Source: an uncultured Actinomycetes bacterium (GTDB lineage Bacteria > Actinomycetota > UBA4738 > HRBIN12). From it: a DNA stretch of 64,000 nt. Shown here in pieces: positions 1-7,946 of this stretch. The notes below the pieces were generated by a model. It saw only the letters and a list, made by a program, of their open reading frames with translations. It made no database searches and was not told where the DNA came from. The stretch spans positions 3,345 through 67,344 of the forward strand of contig CAYUSA010000009.1 of assembly GCA_964447335.1 (NCBI GenBank), read 5' to 3'. Every line of letters starts with the position of its first letter. Position 1 is the stretch's first letter. The translations under genes were made by a program, and so were the position numbers.

Positions 1-604
1 GGCCTCGCGCCAGGCGCGCCGGCTGCACGTTCGCGGCGTCGGCGATGAGCATCCCGCCGCCGAACGCCGGCGAGGCGCACCGCTTCTGGACCTCCTCGGG
101 TGTGAGGGCCTGGTACTCGTCCTCGACGCCGAGCTTGCGGGCGATCTCGATGGTGCCCTCCCACCGGCCCTCGGCGCTCGGGCTCGTCGCGACGGCGAGG
201 TCGCCGCCGGTGGTGAACCACGCGTCGACGCCGTGCGCCTGGCACCACGCGCCGATCTCGGCGGGGGAGCGCCCGCACGTCATGAGTAGCTCGAGCGCGT
301 CGGCCTCGCCGTACGTCTTCACCATGTCGCCGATGTGTCCCCACCAGCCGTCGCAGAACCCGCCGTTGCGGCCGGAGGGCCCGCCGCCGCAGATGTCGGC
401 CTCGAGCAGCACGACGTCGAGGTCGGGCTCGCGCTCCTTCAGGAACCAGGCTGTCCACATCCCCGTGTAGCCACCGCCGAGGATCAGGGCGTCGGCGGAC
501 GTGTCGCCACGGAGCGGCGGGGCCTCCGGGCCGGCGAGCTCGGGCCGCGCGAGGGCCTCCTCGAGCCACCACGAGCGCCTCGCGGGCCGCGGTGCGACGG
601 GCAT
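1..604 (-). CDS. FAD-dependent oxidoreductase, N-terminal part; the gene runs off the window start
   Basis: Minus-strand translation starts MPVAPRPARRSWWLEEALARPELAGPEAPPLRGDTSADALILGGGYTGMWTAWFLKEREPDLDVVLLEADICGGGPSGRNGG, giving a GGGYTG dinucleotide-binding motif of the DadA/glycine-oxidase family. A GGAAGGAG RBS lies 8 nt upstream of the ATG at 604. The ORF track did not list it because it is partial. Confidence 0.75.
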   Translation of the reverse strand, partial: MPVAPRPARRSWWLEEALARPELAGPEAPPLRGDTSADALILGGGYTGMWTAWFLKEREPDLDVVLLEADICGGGPSGRNGGFCDGWWGHIGDMVKTYGEADALELLMTCGRSPAEIGAWCQAHGVDAWFTTGGDLAVATSPSAEGRWEGTIEIARKLGVEDEYQALTPEEVQKRCASPAFGGGMLIADAANVQPARLARG

Positions 605-738
605 GGCGGTGTCACTCCTTCCGGGCCGTGTCGTGCCGCTCCAATCCTGAACCGATGTTCAGGTGCGCGCACCCGGGGAACCCATGTCGCGGGTGGGCCC
701 GTCCCAGGCTGAGACCCTCGAACGGGAAGGACGCTCCG

Positions 739-1518
739 ATGCGCACCCTCCGATCGCTGATCCCCGTGGCCCTCCTCCTACTGATGACGGCGTGCGCCGA
801 CGAGGCGCCCTCGGGACGGGGCGGCGACCTCGAGGGGATCACGTGGATCCTCGACCGCCCGTCGATCGACGCACTGGTGGACGGCGTTCCTGCGGATGCC
901 CGCGTGACCGTCCGGTTCGAGGGCGGGGAGGTCGGGGGGACGGCGGCGTGCAACCACTACGGCGGCACCTACCAGCTCGGTGGGGACGGGGCGATCGCGA
1001 TCTCGGTCGGCTCGATGACCGAGATGGCATGCGAGGAGCCCCTGATGGCGCTCGAGTCGGCCTTCGTCGAGGCCCTCGGGCGGGTCACGTCGGCCAGGGT
1101 CTCCGGCGAGGACCTCGTGCTCGAGGGCGACGGGCTCGCTCTCGCGTTCTCCGCCGAGCAGCCCCTGCCGCTCGAGGGCACCGCGTGGCGGCTCGACGGC
1201 ATCGGGTCGGGCGGGGGCACGGTGTCCTCCGTCCTCGCGGGCACCGAGGTCACCGCGACCTTCGACGCGGCGGGGCACGTCCGTGGCACCGGCGGGTGCA
1301 ACGAGTACGGCGGCTCGTACGCGACGGACGGCGAGGCCCTCACGATCTCGGACGTCGCCTCGACCATGATCGGGTGCGCCCCCGACGTCAGCGACCAGGA
1401 GGCCGCGTTCTTCGATGCGCTCGGCCGGGCCGCGTCGTTCCACATCCAGGGCTCGACGCTGACGCTCCTCGACGACCAGGGCGGGTTCCTGCTCTCGTTC
1501 GTGGCCGAGTCCGGGTAG
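739..1518 (+). CDS. META-domain (HslJ-like) lipoprotein with two tandem META repeats
   Basis: MRTLRSLIPVALLLLMTACAD is a signal peptide with an LMTAC lipobox. Two repeats carry GGxxxCNxYGGxY...G....M.EMAC / ...TMIGCAP motifs typical of DUF306/META. I chose the internal ATG at 739, preceded by GGGAAGGA, over the ORF's upstream extension. Confidence 0.7.
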   Translation: MRTLRSLIPVALLLLMTACADEAPSGRGGDLEGITWILDRPSIDALVDGVPADARVTVRFEGGEVGGTAACNHYGGTYQLGGDGAIAISVGSMTEMACEEPLMALESAFVEALGRVTSARVSGEDLVLEGDGLALAFSAEQPLPLEGTAWRLDGIGSGGGTVSSVLAGTEVTATFDAAGHVRGTGGCNEYGGSYATDGEALTISDVASTMIGCAPDVSDQEAAFFDALGRAASFHIQGSTLTLLDDQGGFLLSFVAESG

Positions 1519-1677
1519 CTCCGCCTCGCGCTCGTTCCCACGATGAGGGGATCGTCGGGACGATCCCCGGGCCCGCGGGTGTTGATGGAAGGAGCCCCCG
1601 GGAGAGGACCCGACACGAGCGCGACGATCCAGACCGAGCCGGCCGCCCGCCGAGCGTGGACCGAGGGCGAAGGCCCG

Positions 1678-2445
1678 ATGCCGGCGCTCTATCTCGGGCA
1701 CGGCGCGCCGCCGCTGCTGGATGACGAGCTGTGGACCTCGCAGCTCGCGGCCTGGGCTCGAGACCTACCCAGGCCGAGGTCGATCCTCATCGTCTCGGCG
1801 CACTGGGAGTCGGCGCCGCTCACCCTCGGCGCGACGGCCGACGCCGTGCCGCTCACGTACGACTTCTACGGCTTCCCCCAGCGCTACTACGAGATGACCT
1901 ACCCGTCGCCCGGCGCGCCCGAGCTCGCGGAACGGATCCAGGCGCTCGTGCCCGACACCGAGCCGGTCGCCGAGCAGCCCGACCGGGGCCTGGACCACGG
2001 TGCCTACGTGCCGCTCATGGTCATGTATCCCGAGGCGGACGTGCCGGTGCTCCAGATGTCGATGCCCACGCTCGACCCGCAGCGACTGTTCGACCTCGGC
2101 CGGCGGCTGCGCGCGCTTCGCGGGGAGGGCGTGCTCGTCGTGGGCTCGGGTTTCCTTACCCACGGGCTACCGTTCCTCAAGGACTGGCGCCCCGACGCAC
2201 CGCCGCCCGGCTGGTCCCGCGACTTCGACGACTGGGCCAAGGACGCGCTCGAGCGCGGCGACGTGGACGAGCTGATGGCGTTCCGAGACCGGGCCCCCGG
2301 CATGCCGTACGCGCACCCCACGATCGACCACTTCGCGCCGCTGTTCGTCACGCTCGGCGCGGCCGCCGATCCCGAGCACACCCCCGGCACCGCGATCGAG
2401 GGCTTCTTCCTCGGCCTCGCGAAGCGCTCGTTCCAGGTCAACTGA
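1678..2445 (+). CDS. Class III extradiol ring-cleavage dioxygenase, subunit B (LigB/YgiD-like, 4,5-DOPA dioxygenase family)
   Basis: MPALYLGHGAPP...ILIVSAHWES...DHGAYVPL...VLVVGSGFLTHGL is the conserved LigB-family core. The start was placed at the internal Met matching the family N-terminus. Confidence 0.75.
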   Translation: MPALYLGHGAPPLLDDELWTSQLAAWARDLPRPRSILIVSAHWESAPLTLGATADAVPLTYDFYGFPQRYYEMTYPSPGAPELAERIQALVPDTEPVAEQPDRGLDHGAYVPLMVMYPEADVPVLQMSMPTLDPQRLFDLGRRLRALRGEGVLVVGSGFLTHGLPFLKDWRPDAPPPGWSRDFDDWAKDALERGDVDELMAFRDRAPGMPYAHPTIDHFAPLFVTLGAAADPEHTPGTAIEGFFLGLAKRSFQVN

Positions 2446-2603
2446 GGGCTGCGGGCTCCCGCCCGAGGGGACGGGTTTCCCCTCCGAGGCCCCCGATACC
2501 CATCCCGCTATCGCCGCCCGCGCCGGGATCCGGCACCGAGTGCACGGCGCCTTGACCGTACCGCCCCGGCGGGTCACCCTCGGAGGACGCAGGGGGAGGG
2601 TGG

Positions 2604-3047
2604 ATGAGCCGACGGCGGAAGGTGGTCGTCCTCGGGGCGGGGGTGGCGGTGATCGCAGCCGCGGCCGTCGTCCTCTCTACCCGGCCGGGCTCGACCGCCG
2701 GCCCGTGGGACGGGTGGGGGTGCCCGCCCGAGCAGATCGGCACGAGCTCCTACGACTTCTTGGGGTACGAGGGTGGCTTCGCGACGGCCGAGCAGGCGCT
2801 GCGTGCCGAGGCCGAGTTCCAGACGACCGACGGCGCGCTCGAGGGCGACCGCTACCTCGAGGCCCTCGGCTCGCGCTCGGGGCCGACACGCTACGACCCC
2901 GAGACCGGCGAGCTCCACCTCGATGGCGAGATCTACGCGAGGTTCAAGGCCCACCCCTTCGACGACGGCACGTGGGTCGTCGCGCAGATCACGAACTGCT
3001 TCCCGCCGCCGCCCGAGGGCAACTCACCCGGTCCAACGCCCGCCTGA
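2604..3047 (+). CDS. Hypothetical membrane-anchored protein
   Basis: 147-aa ORF with an N-terminal hydrophobic helix ([19 protein letters not shown]) followed by a soluble domain. I recognise no family. Confidence 0.4.
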   Translation: MSRRRKVVVLGAGVAVIAAAAVVLSTRPGSTAGPWDGWGCPPEQIGTSSYDFLGYEGGFATAEQALRAEAEFQTTDGALEGDRYLEALGSRSGPTRYDPETGELHLDGEIYARFKAHPFDDGTWVVAQITNCFPPPPEGNSPGPTPA

Positions 3048-3117
3048 GCCTCCCGTCAAGCGCATCCCTGCTGGTATCGTGCGGCCACCCGCCGTTCAAC
3101 CAGGGAGGTCGCACCCC

Positions 3118-4797
3118 ATGAGCCCGGACAGCAGGCCGCGGAGCTGGCAGGTCACCGAGGGTCCCGAGCGTGCCCCGGCCCGCGCGATGCTCCGAGCGGT
3201 CGGGTTCGGCGAGGACGACTTCGGCAAGGCGCAGGTCGCCGTCGCGAGCAGCTGGAACGAGGTGACCCCCTGCAACTACCACCTCGACAAGCTCGCGGCG
3301 CTCGCGAAGGAGGGCGTCCGCCAGGGCGACGCCGTCCCGATCGAGTTCACGACGATCGCCATCTCCGACGGCATCGCGATGGGCCACGAGGGCATGAAGG
3401 CGTCCCTCATGAGCCGCGACCTCATCGCGGACTCGGTCGAGCTCGTCATGCACGCCGAACGGTTCGACGCGCTCGTCGGCATCGCGGGCTGCGACAAGTC
3501 CGAGCCGGGCATGCTCATGGCGATCGCCCGCCTCAACCTGCCGAGCGTCTACCTCTACGGCGGCACGATCCTGCCCGGCACGTACCAGGGCAAGGACATC
3601 ACGATCCAGGACGTGTTCGAGGCCGTCGGCGCGCACGCGAAAGGCACGCTCAGCGACGAGGATCTGCTCGGCGTCGAGCGCGCCGCGTGCCCGGGCGCCG
3701 GCTCGTGCGCCGGCATGTACACGGCGAACACGATGGCCGCGGTCGGCGAGGCCCTCGGCATGTCGTTGCCCGGGAGCGCGAGCCCGCCCGCCGTCGACTA
3801 CCGGCGCGAGGTCTTCGCGCGCGAGTCCGGCACCCGCGCGGCGGAGCTCGTCGCGCAGGGGGGACCCCTCCCGCGCGACATCATGACCAAGCAGGCCTTC
3901 GAGAACGCGATCGCCGTCACGATGGCGCTCGCCGGCTCGACCAACGCTGTCCTCCACCTGCTCGCGATCGCTCGCGAGGCGCACGTGGAGCTGGAGCTCG
4001 AGGACTTCGACCGGATCGCGCGCGACGTGCCGCACATCGTGGACGTTCGCCCGGCCGGCCGATTCGTGATGAGCGACCTCGACCGCGTGGGCGGTGTGCC
4101 GGTCGTGATGAAGGAGCTGCTCGACCATGGGTTGCTGCACGGCGACTGCGTCACGGTTACCGGCAAGACGATCGCCGAGAACCTCGAGGCCATCGCGCCG
4201 CCCGCACCCGACGGCGAGGTCGTGCGCCCGTTCGACCGTCCGCTCCACCCGTGGGGCGGCACCGCGATCCTACGCGGCAACCTCGCGCCAGACGGCGCGG
4301 TGATGAAGGCCGCCGGCGCCGAGGGCCTGGTCTTCACCGGCACGGCGAAGGTGTTCGACTCCGAGACCGATGCGTTCACGGCCGTCACGAGCGGCGCGAT
4401 CGTCCCCGGGGACGTCGTCGTGATCCGCTACGAGGGCCCGAAGGGCTCGCCCGGCATGCCCGAGATGCTCGCGGTCACCGCGGCGGTCGCCGGCGCCGGT
4501 CTCGGCAAGGACGTCGCGCTCATCACCGACGGACGCTTCAGCGGCGCGACGAAGGGCTTCAGCGTCGGCCACATCGCGCCCGAGGCGTTCATCGGCGGCC
4601 CGATCGCGCTCGTGCGCGACGGCGACCGCATCGTCATCGATGCCGATGCGCGCAGGATCGCGGTCGAGGTCGACGACGCCGAGCTCGAGCGCCGTCGCGC
4701 CGAGTGGGCCCAGCCCGCCCCCCGCTACACGCAGGGCGCCCTCGCGAAGTACGCGGCCGTCGTCGGCCAGGCCAACCACGGAGCCGTGACCTGGTGA
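3118..4797 (+). CDS. ilvD: Dihydroxy-acid dehydratase
   Basis: [30 protein letters not shown]...[11 protein letters not shown]...[16 protein letters not shown]... is a canonical IlvD/EDD signature. A GGGAGG RBS lies upstream. Confidence 0.9.
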   Translation: MSPDSRPRSWQVTEGPERAPARAMLRAVGFGEDDFGKAQVAVASSWNEVTPCNYHLDKLAALAKEGVRQGDAVPIEFTTIAISDGIAMGHEGMKASLMSRDLIADSVELVMHAERFDALVGIAGCDKSEPGMLMAIARLNLPSVYLYGGTILPGTYQGKDITIQDVFEAVGAHAKGTLSDEDLLGVERAACPGAGSCAGMYTANTMAAVGEALGMSLPGSASPPAVDYRREVFARESGTRAAELVAQGGPLPRDIMTKQAFENAIAVTMALAGSTNAVLHLLAIAREAHVELELEDFDRIARDVPHIVDVRPAGRFVMSDLDRVGGVPVVMKELLDHGLLHGDCVTVTGKTIAENLEAIAPPAPDGEVVRPFDRPLHPWGGTAILRGNLAPDGAVMKAAGAEGLVFTGTAKVFDSETDAFTAVTSGAIVPGDVVVIRYEGPKGSPGMPEMLAVTAAVAGAGLGKDVALITDGRFSGATKGFSVGHIAPEAFIGGPIALVRDGDRIVIDADARRIAVEVDDAELERRRAEWAQPAPRYTQGALAKYAAVVGQANHGAVTW

Positions 4798-6026
4798 CCG
4801 CGATCACGAGCCCCGCGGCGCTCGAGTGCCGCGAGTGCGGCCAGCGCTACCCGGTCGAGGCGCTCACGATCTGCGAGGAGTGCTTCGGCCCGCTCGAGCC
4901 GGCGTACGACCTCGAGCACGTCGACGGCACCGAGTTCCGCAAGCACGCCGAGGCCGGGCCCGCGTCGCTCTGGCGCTACCAGCCGTTGCTCCCCGGCGGG
5001 CCGGACCTCGAGCGCGTGGACCTCGGCGCCGGGTTCACGCCGCTGCGCCGAGCCGACAACCTGGCCGAGCGCCTCGGCCTCCGCACGCTGTGGGTCAAGG
5101 ACGACAGCGTGAACCCCTCCAACTCGTTCAAGGACCGCGTCGTGAGCGTCGCGATCACGATGGCGCGCGCGTTCGGGTACGAGGCGATCAGCTGCGCGAG
5201 CACCGGCAACCTCGCGAACGCGACCGCGGCGCACGCCGCGAAGGCCGGCATGCCGTGCTACGTGTTCGTGCCCGAGGACCTCGAGCGCGCGAAGATCCTC
5301 GCGACCGAGGCCTACGGCGCGAGCGTCGTCGCGGTCAAGGGCAACTACGACGCGGTGAACCGCCTCTGCTCCGAGGTTGCCGAGGCCCTGCCGTGGGCGT
5401 TCGTGAACGTGAACATGCGCCCCTACTACGCCGAGGGATCCAAGTCGCTCGGCTTCGAGGTCGCGGAGCAGCTCGGCTGGCGCCTGCCCGACCACGTCGT
5501 GGTGCCGATCGCCTCCGGCGCGCTCATGACGAAGATCCACCGGGCGTTCCGCGAGCTCGTCGACATCGGCGCGGTGCCCGAGCGCCCGTACCGCATCTCC
5601 GGCGCCCAGCCCGAGGGCTGCTCACCGGTGGCGCAGGCATTCAAGACCGACGCGACCGAGGTCCGACCGGTCAAGCCGAACACGATCGCTCGCTCGCTCG
5701 CCATCGGCAACCCCGCCGACGGCTGGTACGCCATCCAGACCGCGAGGCAGACCGGCGGCGCCATCGAGTGGTGCTCCGAGCGCGAGGTGATCGAGGGCAT
5801 CACGCTCCTCGCCGAGACCGAGGGCGTGTTCACCGAGACCGCCGGCGGCGTCACCATCGCGGTGCTGAAGCGCCTCGTCGAGCAGGGCGTCATCGGCCCC
5901 GAGGAGGAGACCGTCGCGCTCGTCACCGGCAACGGCTACAAGACCGTCGAGGCGCTCGAGGGCACGCTGGAGCCGAGCTACCACGTCGCACCCGACCTCG
6001 ACGAGTTCCTCGCCGCGCTCGGGTAG
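4794..6026 (+). CDS. thrC: Threonine synthase with an N-terminal zinc ribbon (archaeal/Thermus-type ThrC)
   Basis: [39 protein letters not shown]... then [14 protein letters not shown] (PLP lysine motif) and the ThrC fold. The GTG start overlaps the ilvD stop as GTGA. Confidence 0.85.
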   Translation: MTAITSPAALECRECGQRYPVEALTICEECFGPLEPAYDLEHVDGTEFRKHAEAGPASLWRYQPLLPGGPDLERVDLGAGFTPLRRADNLAERLGLRTLWVKDDSVNPSNSFKDRVVSVAITMARAFGYEAISCASTGNLANATAAHAAKAGMPCYVFVPEDLERAKILATEAYGASVVAVKGNYDAVNRLCSEVAEALPWAFVNVNMRPYYAEGSKSLGFEVAEQLGWRLPDHVVVPIASGALMTKIHRAFRELVDIGAVPERPYRISGAQPEGCSPVAQAFKTDATEVRPVKPNTIARSLAIGNPADGWYAIQTARQTGGAIEWCSEREVIEGITLLAETEGVFTETAGGVTIAVLKRLVEQGVIGPEEETVALVTGNGYKTVEALEGTLEPSYHVAPDLDEFLAALG

Positions 6027-6041
6027 CTCGATCCGGCGGGT

Positions 6042-6587
6042 CTAGCCTCCGAAGAACGGGAACGTTGCCGAGTCGTAGACGTCCAGCTCGGAGACGATCT
6101 TGCCCTCGCGGACCTCGAGGATCAGCAGGATGGGCGCCGATGCCTCGACGCCGTCGGCGTTCGTGCCGGACCAGGTGGACACGATCGCGGCCCAGCGGTC
6201 GTTGGCGAGGACCACGTCGACGCGGATGGACAGGTCCTGCGCGAACATGTCCTGCCAGCCTTCCGCGATGGCGTCCCTGCCCTCGACCGTCATCCCCCCG
6301 GGCCCATCGGTGGCGACGGCGTCCAAGGCATAGAGCGCGGCTACCTTCGCGCTGTCCTCGGCCTGGTCCAGCGGCGAGTGCGAACCGTCCATGATTTCGG
6401 CGAGGTCGTTCGCGACGGTCTCGGCCACGGGCTCGCCCTCGGAGTGGAGGAGCCATCCGGCCGCGAACCCCGCGCCGCCGAGGACCAGCATCAGGACCGC
6501 TGCGACGGCGATCGGGATCGGGACCAATGGCCCGCCGGGCTCAGGTCGGGGCTCTAGGGTGGTGGCGGCCTCCGGTCGGCGGAGCAT
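6042..6587 (-). CDS. SnoaL-like/NTF2-like domain protein with an N-terminal TM anchor
   Basis: MLRRPEAATT...PIAVAAVLMLVLGGAGFAAGWLL is a TM helix. It is followed by ...RDAIAEGWQDMFAQDLSIRVDVVLANDRWAAIVSTWSGTNADG...LEVREGKIVSELDVYD, an NTF2-like cone fold. I used the internal start. Confidence 0.55.
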   Translation of the reverse strand: MLRRPEAATTLEPRPEPGGPLVPIPIAVAAVLMLVLGGAGFAAGWLLHSEGEPVAETVANDLAEIMDGSHSPLDQAEDSAKVAALYALDAVATDGPGGMTVEGRDAIAEGWQDMFAQDLSIRVDVVLANDRWAAIVSTWSGTNADGVEASAPILLILEVREGKIVSELDVYDSATFPFFGG

Positions 6588-6705
6588 GCGGATCCGGCGC
6601 TCGAGTCCTTGGGGCAACGCACCGGACCCGCCTCGCTCCGACCCGCTGTCTCGATCGCCGAAGTGCGATGATTGATCACGGTCCACCGACGAAGGGGAGC
6701 GTGGC

Positions 6706-6894
6706 ATGGGCGACGAGGGCGGAGCGAACGGAACCGGCGCGCGGATCGAGCGCCCCCTCCGGCCGCGTCCACTGTGCCCATCGTGCGGGTCGAAGCACAC
6801 CCAACCGTTCCCTCATGCCGGACCCGGCGCCCGCGTCAACATGCAGTGCAACGACTGCCGGCACCTGTTCAGGGACAAGGACCTCCGCAGCTGA
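6706..6894 (+). CDS. Possible small zinc-ribbon protein
   Basis: 62-aa ORF carrying CPSCG...(26 aa)...CNDC, a pattern of four cysteines in an otherwise intergenic gap. It could be spurious in GC-rich DNA. Confidence 0.25.
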   Translation: MGDEGGANGTGARIERPLRPRPLCPSCGSKHTQPFPHAGPGARVNMQCNDCRHLFRDKDLRS

Positions 6895-6947
6895 CGCGGT
6901 GACGAGCAGCCCTCGGCGGTCCTCGCGACCGGATGTCGAGGCCGCCG

Positions 6948-7286
6948 TCAGCGGAGCACGCGGACGCGCACGCCGGGCTTCGGGGTGGCCCAGGTCCGTG
7001 GTGACGGCCGTGCCGTCGATTCGCTCGGCGAGCTCGAGGCCGAGCGCCTCGAGGTCGAACTCGAGCCCCCGGTGTCGATGCCGTGCTGCTCGGGCTTCTG
7101 CAGCACCTCGGCGAGGTTCACGGCGGACATGATCGCGTCGTCGAGCAGTGCCTCGACGTCGTCGGCCCCCTGTTCCTCCGCGAGGGGCGCGAGCAGCGCC
7201 GAGGCGTCGAGCACCGGCCGTCCGTCGCTCGCGTCCGGCCGGTAGGTCTTGACGCGACCAGCGAGAGATGACATAAAGCCTGTCAT
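6948..7286 (-). pseudogene. PIN-domain (VapC-like) fragment that is probably degraded; no cognate antitoxin is present
   Basis: The N-terminal 49 aa (RPVLDASALLAPLAEEQGADDVEALLDDAIMSAVNLAEVLQK) match the VapC N-terminus including the SAVNLAEV motif. After a GGGGG run the reading frame loses PIN character, and the remaining ~60 aa are low-complexity S/T/R-rich. Confidence 0.3.
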
Positions 7287-7292
7287 CACGAC

Positions 7293-7925
7293 ATGAGCTA
7301 TGACGCTCGCGGAGGGAGCATGCAGGAACCGGCGCTCCGCAGCAGGCAGACCGAGCTCACGCGCACCCTCGTCATGGAGGCCTTGGCGGAGGTCATCGTC
7401 GAGGAGGGGCTCACCGACTTCTCGGTCCAGGACGTGGCGGAGCGCGCCGGCGTGTCCCATCGCACCGTCTACCGCCACTTCGAGACCCGAGAAGCCATGC
7501 TCGACGCCCTCGTCCACTGGCTGGAGGATCGGGTCTCTGCGCGCGGTGGGATGGCGCTCCCCGAAGACGCAGACCAGATCGTGCCCGCCCTGCGCGCGAA
7601 GTTCGCCGCGTTGGATGAGGTGGGGCCGATCGCGATGGCCGTGCTCAAGCTCGAGACGGCGAGGCGCATCCACTCGCGGCAGTCCTTCCGCAGCGCGCGG
7701 GCGATCCGCGGCGCGCTCGCCGAGACCACCGCGCACCTGCCCTCGGACGTGGCGGAGGTCGTCGTCGCCCTCATCCGGCAGATCGCGAGCTCCCGGACGT
7801 GGCTCGCGCTCCGCGAGGACGCCGGCATCGACGGTGCGCGGTCGGCGGACGTCGTCGCGTGGGCGGTCGAGACGCTGCTGGACGAGCTGAAAGGCGGGCG
7901 AGGCCCAGGCGTCGACCGTTCGTAA
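7293..7925 (+). CDS. TetR/AcrR-family transcriptional regulator
   Basis: LTRTLVMEALAEVIVEEGLTDFSVQDVAERAGVSHRTVYRHFETREAMLDAL is a TetR N-terminal HTH. The alternative start at 7320 (MQEP) is equally possible. Confidence 0.85.
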   Translation: MSYDARGGSMQEPALRSRQTELTRTLVMEALAEVIVEEGLTDFSVQDVAERAGVSHRTVYRHFETREAMLDALVHWLEDRVSARGGMALPEDADQIVPALRAKFAALDEVGPIAMAVLKLETARRIHSRQSFRSARAIRGALAETTAHLPSDVAEVVVALIRQIASSRTWLALREDAGIDGARSADVVAWAVETLLDELKGGRGPGVDRS

Positions 7926-7946
7926 CCGGGCCGAAGGGAGGGTCCC

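Noticed and set aside
45-470. Plus-strand ORFs at the window start (45..470, 335..712)
   Set aside because: The opposite strand encodes a clean FAD-dependent oxidoreductase N-terminus with a GxGxxG motif and an RBS. The plus-strand translations have no protein-like features.
663-1724. Long ORFs overlapping the META-lipoprotein gene in other frames and on the other strand (663..1724 +, 778..1701 -, 969..1616 -)
   Set aside because: They are Arg/Gly/Pro-rich, low-complexity translations, typical of non-coding frames in 70% GC DNA. The META-domain frame has clear motifs and a signal peptide.
2989-4248. 419-aa minus-strand ORF antisense to ilvD, and similar antisense ORFs opposite other large genes (3798..4388 -, 7950..9899 -, 17456..18961 -, 22527..23870 -, 44273..46147 -, 55753..58443 -)
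   Set aside because: They are mirror ORFs opposite strongly supported genes, with biased R/G/A/P composition and no motifs.
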